A stretch of DNA of 64,000 bases. Source: Chrysomallon squamiferum (lineage: Eukaryota; Animalia; Mollusca). Under the pieces are notes generated by a model. It worked only from the letters and a program-made list of their open reading frames with translations. It ran no database searches and was not told where the DNA came from. Numbering within the stretch: position 1 is the first letter of the stretch; each line of letters starts with the position of its first letter. Location of the stretch: the NCBI GenBank assembly GCA_012295275.1, contig CM022671.1:11842001-11906000 (forward strand), read 5' to 3'. The translations under genes were made by a program, and so were the position numbers. Positions 51,001-61,109 of this stretch are shown here, piece after piece.

Positions 51001-52261
51001 ATTATCACGTCATTTAATTTGAATAAGTAAATTTCTACATACTGTTACTATCATCTGATTTAACATTAACTTTCTACATACTGTTACTATCGTCTGATTT
51101 AACATTAACTTTCTACATACTGTTACTATCATCTGATTTAACATTAACTTTCTACATGCTGTTACTATCACATGATTTAATATTAACTTTCTACATGCTG
51201 GTACTATCACATGATTTAATTTTAATATGTAATCTTCTACACAGTGACTATCACGTGATTTAATTTTAATATGTAACTTTCTACATGCTGGTACTATCAT
51301 GTGATTTAATATTAACTTTCTACATGCTGGTACTATTACATGATTTAACATTAACTTTCTACATGCTGGTACTATTACATGATTTAATTTTAATATGTAA
51401 CTTTCTACATACTGTTACTATCATGTGATTTAATATTAACTTTCTACATGCTGTTACTATCACATGATTTAATTTTAATATGTAACCATCTACACACTGT
51501 TACTATCATGTGATTTAATATTAACTTTCTATACACTGATACTATCACATGATTTAATTTTAATATGTAACCATCTACACACTGTTACTATCATGTGATT
51601 TAATTTTAATACAATGATACTATTACATGATTCAACATGTTGATACTATTGCATAACTTAAAAGTGTAATACTTCTATGATGAACTGATACTTTCATGTA
51701 ACAACTTTACACTTTCTACAAGCTGGTGATACATCTTACAAAAGATAATTTTAGGATGTAGCAGTTGCCAGACAGGTCTAATAAGAAAAGCCCACATTTC
51801 AGTAATCAATGTTTCTGTTTCACTGCTGAGTTAGCTATTAAACAAGCAGCCTATTGTTAACTTGCCATTCGCTGTGTCAACAATGAGTTCTGCCGATCAC
51901 CGATGAACATATCAATTTGTATAGCCCAGATTTACCAACTATGAGTTGACGATCATTGATTTTTAGGGACAAGGAATTTCTTACTGTGCGATACAATTCT
52001 TGATCAATATTTGTAACAGCAAACAACAGCATTAATGTCTTCTTTGTATCACAAAACAAACTACAGCCTACAGCAGACAAACATACAGGAAATTGTCTGT
52101 TACACGTGAAGCTGATCACTTTGCAAAACAACCAGTTAAACAAGATGGAATGATTTTTCAACATTGTTAATTAACAGTTCTGATGCAGATTACAAAACCT
52201 GAAAGTCAACTAACATCCCCAAGCTCATTTTAAGAATGCTTACTATACATGTGTTTGTGTG

Positions 52262-52308
<47 letters not shown>

Positions 52309-53118
52309 ATGTGTATGTGTGCATGTGTATGTGTATGATGAATACACACACACATACACACATAAATATATATATGTGTGTGTGTATATGTATATAAAAT
52401 GTGTGAATGCAAGTGCATATGTACACACTATATATTTAATTATGTGGGTCATTTATGGCATGTGTACATCTGCATGTGTGTGTGTTTTTGCACAAAGTAT
52501 TTATAAATATATATCCATGGCATTACATTATTATCTGAAATCTATTGTCTTTTGTAATTGCTTATGAAAAGTTCTTATGAAGGGGATTATGAAAGTTTTT
52601 ATTTACTGCTAGGTTTTATTAATGAAAAAGTTAATCTAGCTAAATATTTTAAAACTTCATCACGCTTATTATATTTCTGTCTAACTTAAACAATGATGCA
52701 AGCATGAGTCATAAATCAAAGTATACATATGTGTGAATAAAATATTAAGAACAAAGATTTATTGGGGGAAAATAAATGTTATTCAAGCAATTTCGTTTTT
52801 TATTGTATGCCTCACAACAAAAGCTTAAATAAATAAATAAATAAATAAATATATTTCTTTTTAAAACTTTAAAAAAAAAAAAAAAAATGTCTATAGATTC
52901 CTTTCATTAACAAAAGTAAACTATTCCTGAATACAATAATTTTAAATACCAAATCTAATTTGTAATGTAGCAAGTTTTAGAATTATGGCAAGGGGTATTT
53001 TAAAAACAGTCTGTTTATTCATCACCATCAAAAACTAATACACCACCTACCTCTGCTGTTGTTTCCAACTTTTCTTCATATTCTTTAATCTTTTCTTTCA
53101 GCTGTTTGATTGTCACTT
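7562..53118 (-). CDS. CUX1: CASP golgin isoform of the Cux locus (shared exons plus 9 CASP-specific exons; 5' exons lie beyond the window)
   Basis: The shared donor at 32031 (phase 1) joins exon 14259-14395, then 13742-13820, 13347-13444, 12921-13037, 9617-9703, 9267-9323, 8606-8686, 8024-8088 and 7562-7628. Motifs [43 protein letters not shown] and the [21 protein letters not shown] are hallmark CASP/Coy1 features. Confidence 0.93.
7756..7793. repeat. (CA)n microsatellite (a second one lies at about 8320-8350)
   Basis: Uninterrupted CA run in a CASP intron. Confidence 0.95.
8024..8088 (-). CDS. CUX1: CASP exon (end of TMD, lumenal tail)
   Basis: [21 protein letters not shown]; AG/GT flanks. 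Confidence 0.92.
8606..8686 (-). CDS. CUX1: CASP exon (transmembrane domain)
   Basis: [27 protein letters not shown] with the Tyr and His typical of golgin TMDs. Confidence 0.94.
9267..9323 (-). CDS. CUX1: CASP exon
   Basis: [19 protein letters not shown]; GTAAG donor. Confidence 0.92.
9617..9703 (-). CDS. CUX1: CASP exon
   Basis: [29 protein letters not shown]. Confidence 0.92.
9835..12860. repeat. 51-bp minisatellite, roughly 58 copies, filling CASP intron 9704-12920
   Basis: Consensus approximately CAGCTGYAGACAGGCCTGTGTAAGACAGCTGTGTATAAAACTGAACACNCT; its 17-aa periodicity explains all ORFs between 9830 and 12856. Confidence 0.97.
12921..13037 (-). CDS. CUX1: CASP exon
   Basis: [39 protein letters not shown]. 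Confidence 0.94.
13347..13444 (-). CDS. CUX1: CASP exon
   Basis: [32 protein letters not shown]. Confidence 0.93.
13569..13650 (-). mobile_element. Possible decayed tRNA-derived SINE head
   Basis: GGTTAGAATGGGAAAT...ATTGATCC...ACCACTGA resembles the 38070-38210 and 42650-42830 segments; resemblance judged by eye only. Confidence 0.3.
13742..13820 (-). CDS. CUX1: CASP exon
   Basis: [26 protein letters not shown]; phases 0 and 1 fit both neighbours; weak GTCATT donor. Confidence 0.82.
14259..14395 (-). CDS. CUX1: First CASP-specific exon
   Basis: [45 protein letters not shown]; phase-1 acceptor matches the donor at 32031. Confidence 0.92.
15000..15240. repeat. Degenerate tandem repeat of about 37 bp, 6-7 copies
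   Basis: Recurring TTCTGAATAAATCTGTGACAnCCATTTTAA. Confidence 0.75.
16900..23299 (-). other. Putative long 3'UTR of the CUX isoform (3' end not determinable)
   Basis: Lies downstream of the CUX stop and carries many minus-strand miRNA seed matches (miR-92, bantam, miR-9, miR-34, miR-79/Brd box, miR-279). Confidence 0.5.
23300..24252 (-). CDS. CUX1: CUX terminal exon: CUT-class homeodomain (about 24020-24196) plus acidic tail ending DWEF
   Basis: [56 protein letters not shown], with His at homeodomain position 50. Confidence 0.96.
23300..53118 (-). CDS. CUX1: CUX/Cut homeodomain transcription factor isoform (coiled coil, 3 CUT domains, homeodomain; 5' exons lie beyond the window)
   Basis: The shared donor at 32031 joins 29996-30562, 29594-29709, 28152-29250, 27275-27706 and 23300-24252, all phase-consistent, giving about 1055 CUX-specific aa. 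Three LGLSQG(T/S)VS(E/D)LL..PK.W motifs and a WFHNHR homeodomain are present. Confidence 0.96.
27275..27706 (-). CDS. CUX1: CUX exon with CUT domain 3
   Basis: [64 protein letters not shown]. Confidence 0.96.
28152..29250 (-). CDS. CUX1: CUX exon with CUT domain 2
   Basis: [64 protein letters not shown]. Confidence 0.96.
29594..29709 (-). CDS. CUX1: CUX exon (helical linker)
   Basis: [38 protein letters not shown]; phases fit. Confidence 0.88.
29996..30562 (-). CDS. CUX1: First CUX-specific exon, with CUT domain 1
   Basis: TTCTTGCAG acceptor; [60 protein letters not shown]; GTAAG donor. Confidence 0.95.
32031..32173 (-). CDS. CUX1: Last exon shared by CUX and CASP (branch donor)
   Basis: [47 protein letters not shown]; G|GTAAG donor. 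Confidence 0.94.
32590..32670. repeat. (GATA/GACA)n microsatellite
   Basis: Runs of gata and gaca units. Confidence 0.85.
32743..32849 (-). CDS. CUX1: Shared CUX/CASP exon
   Basis: [35 protein letters not shown]. Confidence 0.93.
33470..33544 (-). CDS. CUX1: Shared CUX/CASP exon
   Basis: [25 protein letters not shown]. Confidence 0.94.
34199..34212. promoter_or_regulatory. RFX X-box-like palindrome
   Basis: GTTGCCATGGCAAT matches 13 of 14 positions of the ideal GTTGCCATGGCAAC. Confidence 0.55.
36419..36589 (-). CDS. CUX1: Shared CUX/CASP exon
   Basis: [57 protein letters not shown] (a different frame from the track ORFs). Confidence 0.93.
37278..37326 (-). CDS. CUX1: Shared CUX/CASP exon
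   Basis: [16 protein letters not shown]; phases 2 and 0 fit. Confidence 0.9.
38070..38210 (-). mobile_element. Possible decayed tRNA-derived SINE fragment
   Basis: Minus strand reads GATCAACCC...GGTTATTTCTCATTCCAGCCAGTGC; shares this core with 42726 (TTCTAGCCAGT) and 13569. Confidence 0.4.
41924..41937. promoter_or_regulatory. RFX X-box-like site
   Basis: GTTGTCATGGAAAT, followed by several ATTGAT/ATCAAT hexamers. Confidence 0.4.
42650..42830 (+). mobile_element. Possible decayed tRNA-derived SINE
   Basis: B-box-like GGGTTCAATCC near 42687, then TTCTAGCCAGT...TATCAAAG; degenerate. Confidence 0.35.
43731..43797 (-). CDS. CUX1: Shared CUX/CASP exon
   Basis: [21 protein letters not shown]; GTAAGT donor. 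Confidence 0.92.
46679..46811 (-). CDS. CUX1: Shared CUX/CASP exon
   Basis: [44 protein letters not shown]; GTGAG donor. Confidence 0.93.
49186..49236. repeat. 23-bp direct tandem duplication
   Basis: CAAGCAGTG(G/A)CTAGTGTATGCTC twice, plus CAAGC. Confidence 0.9.
50222..51640. repeat. Composite minisatellite: 35/37-bp array (about 50222-50930) then a related 39/48-bp array (about 50950-51640)
   Basis: Units CTCTACATGATACTATGACATGATTTTGAATGTAATT and TTCTACATGCTGTTACTATCACATGATTTAATATTAACT. Confidence 0.93.
52249..52400. repeat. (GT)n/(CA)n/(TA)n compound microsatellite
   Basis: Long GT run followed by CA and TA runs; the source of the HT- and VC-repeat ORFs. Confidence 0.95.
53051..53118 (-). 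CDS. CUX1: Most 5' shared CUX/CASP exon found in the window
   Basis: [22 protein letters not shown]; TTTTTCAG acceptor, GTAGG donor; I recognised no further exon up to 64000. Confidence 0.92.
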
Positions 53119-56100
53119 CTGAAAAAAAGAAAACAAAGAGTTTAATTAGAACACAAAAAAAAGAACATCTATCTATAAAAAGATATTAGTTTAGCCGTGG
53201 GCAGAACAGTACCCAAGTCTACCTGAAAATGACGCAAGGTTGTTATTTGAAACTTACTTTTAAAAGTCTATTTTACTGATATAGAAAAATATTAATCATC
53301 ATTCACCTTGTTCTTTGAAAAATATGCTTCATGAACTAAATATCCATCAAATAACTGATAACTAATATAATTTACTGATAATTGTATCATATCCATAAAA
53401 TGATTTTTCTTCTTTTCTTGTTTCCTTTTTAATGCCAGGCTGAAAAATTTATCAAACAAAAGAAAAGCCATGTTATTAACAGGAGAAAATCTATGTTAAA
53501 ATCAGTTTGAATGTGAATACAGCATGTGATTGAGCAGCATATAGATTGATTTCATATATTCAAGAACCCAGTGACTTGTATCTTGCTCAAACACTGTCGT
53601 ATTGACAGCTTCAAAGTTTGGTGTTGCATTGAATTCCAATATATGTCTGTTACATGTCAGTATGCATTTTCATTACCCAATACTTTAAAAGCAATTTTCA
53701 AGAATAAAACTATGTTGTTGAAAAATTCTATATTACAGTAAAAAAAAATGACAGAAATCTTGTAATGATTATTTCATTTAAAATTGTTTATAATATACAG
53801 TGCAGTATATGAAGATACAAAAATAAATGTGGTCATTGAGGTGTGGGTGAAGTAATTTCACATTAGCACCATTGTAATTTGAATATTTATTGCTAATACA
53901 AAACATATTCATTGACAAACACATAAAATGAACAGTTATTGTAAATATGTGAAATAACTAACATACTAATTTTTATTTTACCACAATTTCATACCCTTCT
54001 CATTTTGTTTATATCTTTTTCTTTTTTTTTACATTTCATATGACATAAAACTGTAAATTTAGATGTACAAAACAGTACACATTCAAAGACTTACATAGAA
54101 ACCAATCATTGTTAAAATATTATGTCATGTTTATTACCAAAATTGATGTTTACCTAAGAAGGTTCAACAGATCTCTATTGATATCTTTATGTCACTTTGC
54201 AAATTCTTCTGACAAAAATCCAATTGAAAACCTGGACACACCTGGGGCATGCAAACAGAGTTTTTATTGTGAAAAATAAATAGGACAATATTGCCAATAT
54301 TGTTTTATCACTGAAAAGTATTGATAGATGAAAGATACAAAATTTTGTATTTATAAGCAAACATGGAAGATGTGAGACTTTTAGAGGATTCATGATGTTC
54401 TGTTTGACAAGTGTTATGCATACTGAACTTTCACAAAATAAGATTTCTTACAAAATTTCCATTCACTTTGTTTAATATGATTACTTTTAATACTAATAAC
54501 TGCATCCATTTTAATTTAAAATAAGTAGTAAGAACAGTACATTTTTTCATTCTTTTATTTCTGTATGAAATATGATGCCTTTGGAAAACAATATTAAAGA
54601 AATCACTTAATTCATTTTAATGAAATCAGTTCAGTAAGTCAGTATACATTGTTAAAAGCTGAACATGTATTTTTCATCAAATGGTAGTCATTTTTTTTGT
54701 TTTTATAAAATATATATAAACAAAATTAGCATAATTATCAGTTATCACACACGTTAATGTGAATTACTGAGGCAGAGATTTTCTATGTATTTATTTACAA
54801 ATATAAATGTACTAAATATATAAATATTAACTGCACAATCATTCAAACCCCTTGATACCATGCATTTGTTCAAATCTTCAGAAAATACAGCAGAGCTATA
54901 TCCACTCCAGGTGCAGATGTGTTTCATTACTCGAGTTCAACTTTATTACTTGTAATTAAATAAACTATTTTTTAACAAGCTTCTATCATTGTTATTTTGA
55001 GACTGGCACCAATTGAGTCTTGTAATACCAAAGTATACAAAGTGATAACAATACACACTGTGTACATATTTGATACAACAACAACTGTTGAAATCTGAAA
55101 TGGACAAGAAGTTGGTGAAGTCGATAAGCATGATTCAGTTGATGGCTACAAAAGTACGACAAATTTAAAACTGTTTGAATTGTCGTAACCTTTTGAGCTG
55201 AAATTCCAAACAAGGCTTGAAAGCTTCAATGTATGGCAACCAATGCAATCACTGGGTAAAGCTAAATTGCCTTTGCTGATCAAAGTGAAAATATTTGCTT
55301 TTGGGTGTGTGGCTTTTGCTTGATCTTTTGGACCATTTGCCAGTCAGGAGAAAGTTGCATAGATTTGGTGATGAAGATACATACTACTATCTCCACACCA
55401 AATTAGCTGCCATCAATCCTGTGTATTGATAAATTGTTGCTGAGATGTTTCTTCCAACACCAAGTTCCCAACAACTGTCTCGTTGTCACGTAAATCTTTT
55501 GATATGAATGGATTAAGTTTTTAAAACAAATGGTCCAAATTTTAAACATAAGATTTCTTCCTGGTATCAGAACTATTAGCACATTTGTTTCTATAATGTT
55601 TGGCAAAAGCTTTCAAAGAAAGAAATCTTAAATACACATATTAATTTTTATTTAAATACTATATATTTTTTAAATAGCATTTTTTATTTTAAGACTGAAA
55701 TAGTTCAATAATAAAAGGTTATTTAAAAAGTGAAACTAAAATAAAATTTTATATAAATGAGGAAAAAGTAATCTTAGAAATAAATTCAAATAAAGTGTTA
55801 ATCTCCTAACAGCATGCAGCATCTGCTTATATACAATTATTTAAAAAAATTTCACCCCCCTCTCATTCTCTCTCTCTCACACATAAACACGACTAAGTTC
55901 ATAATTTTATTATCTTCTTATGGATAATTAAATTCCTACACAAATGGTTGTCAAAACCATCTACATCCTGCCAGTGCAGTTATCTAACATGGCAGTACAG
56001 GTATCTAAGACTACAACACTGATAACATTATTAAGTAAAATATCCAGTCAAACAAGCAACATGTCAAACAGGAAAATTACACATTCAATCAGACTTCGCC

Positions 56101-59100
56101 AGGGATAAACATGTCCCCTCAAGCATTAGGAATGGCCATTAATGGGAAGACATATGCTGTTGTACTGTATGAATCAGCCTGAAGCCAAAGTCAGTGTCAG
56201 AGCTATTGATAAATCAATTAGCTGTCGGAAAAATCTCCGTCTCTTGATCTGCCACAGTTTTCGCCTCATCTAACAGCATCAAGAATAATATGGTCAATCC
56301 AGGATGCCAAATAACACAGGATAACATACATTTGGCAACAGATTCTCAATCCACTAATAACAGACTGATGACACTTAAAACAGCAGTGAATAAACAGTCA
56401 GTGTTTCAAGTAGTATTAACTTTAGCCTAAGATTGTGAAGAGGAAAATTAACTGTAACTGCTACATTAATTCCTTGTACAAACTGATTAAATATACACTG
56501 TCAAAATATTCTTTTAATTAATACCCTTTAAAAATTAACAATATTATTATATAAGAAGAGGGGGGAAAAAAATCATGTGGAATTATTTATGTTAGCCAGA
56601 GTTTTTTGTTTCATTTTTTTTTTTTTTTTCCCTCCAACATAAAAGATGAATTTAAAAATATAAAAAGAATTTATTATCATACTTCAAACAATCTGCTATG
56701 GATGTATTACATTTATTAAGGAAATTAAATATCATAATCAATAACTTTAAATATCTATAATAAACCACCATCTTTAAAATTAAAATTAAATAATTTTTCA
56801 TACATAAAATATGAAAAAAAGAAGAAAACGTTTGTAAAAAATATATTTATCTGTTTTTACTGAGTTACGTTTTATTTCTGTATTTTTTCAACCCATTTCT
56901 GTTGTATATAGATGAATAAAAATTATTAAAAAAATAATATATATTTAAATGTGACTGAAAACTGAACAAAAATCTGGATACAATTTTGAAAAAAGAAATA
57001 ATAATTATAAAAGAAGATTATTTTTTTTTACTTTTTTTTTTCTCCCGTCATTCAAATCTGGTGCTGTAAATATTCAGGCCATCTCAGCTTTCTGAGTCAA
57101 ATATTTATACCTTGCACATGAGTAATTTAATACCAAACGATATTTTAAATGAATAAGGTACACCAGTGTGTATGTGTGTGTAAAATAATACAAATTATTC
57201 CAATAAAATAACAAGTCAACAAACATCAATTTAATAGAAACTAGTTTACCTGGTGAATAATTAATTAATGACTAGCTTACTTCAAAGTTTATGTATAATA
57301 ACAAAATTAATAAATATAAAAATGATGTATTAAGAGCACACACACACACAATTTCCCCACCCCAGCTACATATATTGGCTAAGGTTACATTTTTTGTAAT
57401 GGTTTAAGTTTGTTGGTTGGCTAAAAGGTTACTCTGGGTTAGTTTTTACTGATGAAAATTATTACCAGTACTGCTGGTCAAACAACTTCAGATAAGCAGA
57501 TATATTTTTTCCCCTTCTTTTATGGACCACAAAAAAAATGATTTTATAATAAAACAATAAAAAAATCATGCGTTTATATCTTGTTAATTTTCAAGACAAA
57601 ATATCTATTCTTTTGCTAAATGTATAAGTGTTTAAAATAATTTAAGAATTTTAATATTACATCTTGTTAAATTTCAAAATAAAATGTTCTTTTACTAAAT
57701 GTACATTTGTTTTATTTCTTTAACTTAGTGATTGTGATGTAAATAAATCAGATTAATCTAATTTATCTTTAAATATGAAATACAAAACAATAATTAAAAT
57801 TAAATAAGTAAAAAAAATCTCAATTAATATTAATAATAATGTGTAAATAAATAAAATAAAATTAATTAATGTAACTTAATTTTTTTTTTAAAAGCACATC
57901 CTTCAATATTTCTCATTTACATAAATAATGATGTTAGTATAAAAATATTTACACCTATCAAAATATTTTATTGAACATATCTTCCATGTATTAAAAGCAA
58001 TAGCTAATAAATAATATAAACTCCATTTTTAAAAGCTGCTCCTTGTAATTATTGCACACAACAAACACCTCCAATAATAAGATCAGTTATTTTCAAGTAT
58101 CTCTGCTGGCTTTGACTATGTACACTGCTAGTGATAAAATATGCATACCATCAACCAAGGTATATTCATTAACAGGGCAAGTAGATAGTTTTGGCAGACA
58201 ACAGTCTCCTTGATGAAGGAAGATGGCCTACATCCGAGTGACAGCTAGTTCTCTATAAATCACGGCTGATAGATATAATGGATTGTTCCTTGCTCAGAGA
58301 CACTACCTGCATAACAATGATTTCAACAGCCACAGATGATAATTTCACTAATGTAAAATGAGACAAAATGGGAGTGAATATTAGCCATAATGTGTGACAG
58401 AAATTAGTTTCAAAATAAATGTCTTGACAATAATTATTATTATTCTTTTTTTTATATATATGGAAGTGAACCAAATAGGTCAGTTTTACTATTTTATTGT
58501 TTGGATAAGAAATACCAAAAAGGAAGAAAGAAGAAATATACAAAATTTAGAGATTTTATAATAAATATAATAATTTTTTTTTTTAGTGTTTATATATGGT
58601 AATGAAAACAAACAAAAAGAAAAAAAATCTCCCCAAAACAACAAACAAAACAAATAATAGTGTGCACATGACCAGAAGTATTAACTCTATCTTTAGTTTA
58701 AAATTAACACAAAAGAGAACAATCAGCTAATAGTAAAAGAGGAAATGAAACAAGTTAATTTGTAGGTTAGTCTTTTAAAGAATCCCATTATCCTTCAACA
58801 ACTTAAGTAAAAGTATGTACAGTGAAACCTCATTAATCTGCACTCTTTCTAATCACCAGTACATCCAGTAATATCCAAGTGCACGAATAAAACAGCCATA
58901 AAATATATGACCATTTTACAGTTTAAGTAAGTCACGTTAAAGTATATGCTCAAAAAACTCCAGACTGGGAGAAATTTGCCTTTAATGTACAATTTTTTCT
59001 TCTTCTTCTTCTCCTATTATATGCTTTTAATTTAATTTTTTTAAATATATTTTAAATTATTATTTAGTAATAAAATACAATTTAATTTTAGATTTTAAAA

Positions 59101-61050
59101 ATAATAACAGATGTGAAAAAATCAACATTATTTACAATGCATTAATTCTTAGTGTAATTTTTAAACAGTTTAAAATGTTTTAAACTTCTTTTAAGAAACT
59201 ATTATATGTAACCAAATTCATCAGCTTTTCATGTTTTTTTTTATCATCTTGGTTTCAAACTGTTTAACAGTCTTTTAAAGTGTAAAAATAAAATAATAGT
59301 TTTTAAAAATACAATCTAGCAGCATAATTAAAAATACTAAATAAACAAAAGTAAAGAAAAAAAGAAATGAAGAAGGATAGTTTAACAGAGGACACCTATG
59401 TTAACCCATTCTCAGTTTGCTGCTAAGAAACTTTATCTTATTCTTTAAAAAAAGAGTGTGTAAGTTAGAAGGTGTCAATCTGAGATTAAACATATTATTT
59501 TTAAACTTTGTATTATACTAACAGCAATAGTTTTTAGTTCAGAGTATTCAAACAAAGAAATTTAAAAATAGTTCTAACAGCAGTATTGTGAGAAATTGCC
59601 AATATGATATGTAACATTTCTTTCACATATGTTAAACTTATGTAAATATATATATATAATTGTTTTGTTTATTGTTAACTTTTCTTCCCCCTCTTCGCTG
59701 AAATTCAGATAGTAAGGTTTCACTGTAAACTTTGTAAAATATATTTTAAATAATAATTATCTCTGCAGTTTCCTCACTGAGGGTAAAAAGTTATGAGTTT
59801 CCTGTGCAGGGCTGACACTGTGGACATCAAGTTAATTCATGAAATAATACTTATGTAAATAAGCTGACAGTCAACAACAATAAAAATTTAAACAGTATAT
59901 TCTTCACATTTTTCTCAAACATTTACTTTCTGGGCTGCTGCAGTTGTTTATTTATCTTATCATATTTAATTTAATTATTTATTGTTTGTTTTGTATTTTA
60001 TATTTATGTATTTATATAATATAAATGTAATATTTTCTGATGTCTGTTTTCATGTTAAATGAAAAGCCATTTGTTTATTACTAATACTGATTATGTAATT
60101 GGCTATAAATTCATGCTCAATATGGATAACAAATTACAAATTACAATGATGGAAATAACCTTTACAACTTTCAAACACGTTAAACCAAACACTTTCCTAA
60201 AATATAATGTGTCATAACATATTCCCTAGTTCTCTTTCTGAAATGCAATATCAGTAATAAAAGGTAACCTAAAAATAACCTCAAATAATAGTTTAAACTG
60301 CAAAACAAACAATGTAGCAAAATAAATTATAAAGAAATATACTTTTATAAATATTGTACAATTGTAAATATCTTAAGCAGGGAGAAAACTAATCATAGAA
60401 ATCACTTAAAAATTTAATTAAAACATGGTGTAACCAATGACAAATCAGTAACAATTAATGTGTGTATCTATCATTCTTATATTATTACTTGAAAAATATA
60501 TATTTTGTAGGAAAACAATCTGCTTTTTATCATTACTAATGACATTATGTCAGTGTTTGTTGAAGGACAACACAAATAAACTTTATAAACAAACAAACAA
60601 AATAAAATTAAATTGATAAAACAAAAAAAAAAAAAAAAAAAAATGTTTTATGTGAATTTTTTCATCTCACCAATACAGAAATTTAACTTAAGTATGTTAA
60701 CCCCGTCTAAAACTAATGTTTAAGAAAATACTAAAAGCAGACTCTTATTAAAGTAATTGTACCACTGAGGGTGTAAACTTTCTGTTATTATTAGGTAATT
60801 ATTCAGCTGAAATAAGTTTAAAATAGGATTTATCAAATAAAATGCATGACATTTGAAATAATAACTTTTCAATGTGATATTTTAATACATTTCTGTACAC
60901 AAAAACAGAAACAAAACTCTTACTGCTGGTAAATATATTTAAAAAAAATAAAAATAATAAAAATGAAAGTGTATTGAAGCATGTAACTAATTCAAAATGT
61001 TTTTTCTCCAGAATTCAATAAAAAAAAAAAAATAATTCTTTTGACACAGT

Positions 61051-61058
61051 AAAAAAAG

Positions 61059-61107
<49 letters not shown>

Positions 61108-61109
61108 AA
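61051..61109. repeat. Long poly(A) tract
   Basis: Nearly pure A run of about 55 nt. Confidence 0.9.

Noticed and set aside
51010-51351. 113-aa repetitive ORF ([13 protein letters not shown] repeats)
   Set aside because: Translation of the 39-bp minisatellite
52190-52567. His/Thr- and Val/Cys-rich ORFs
   Set aside because: Dinucleotide microsatellite artefacts
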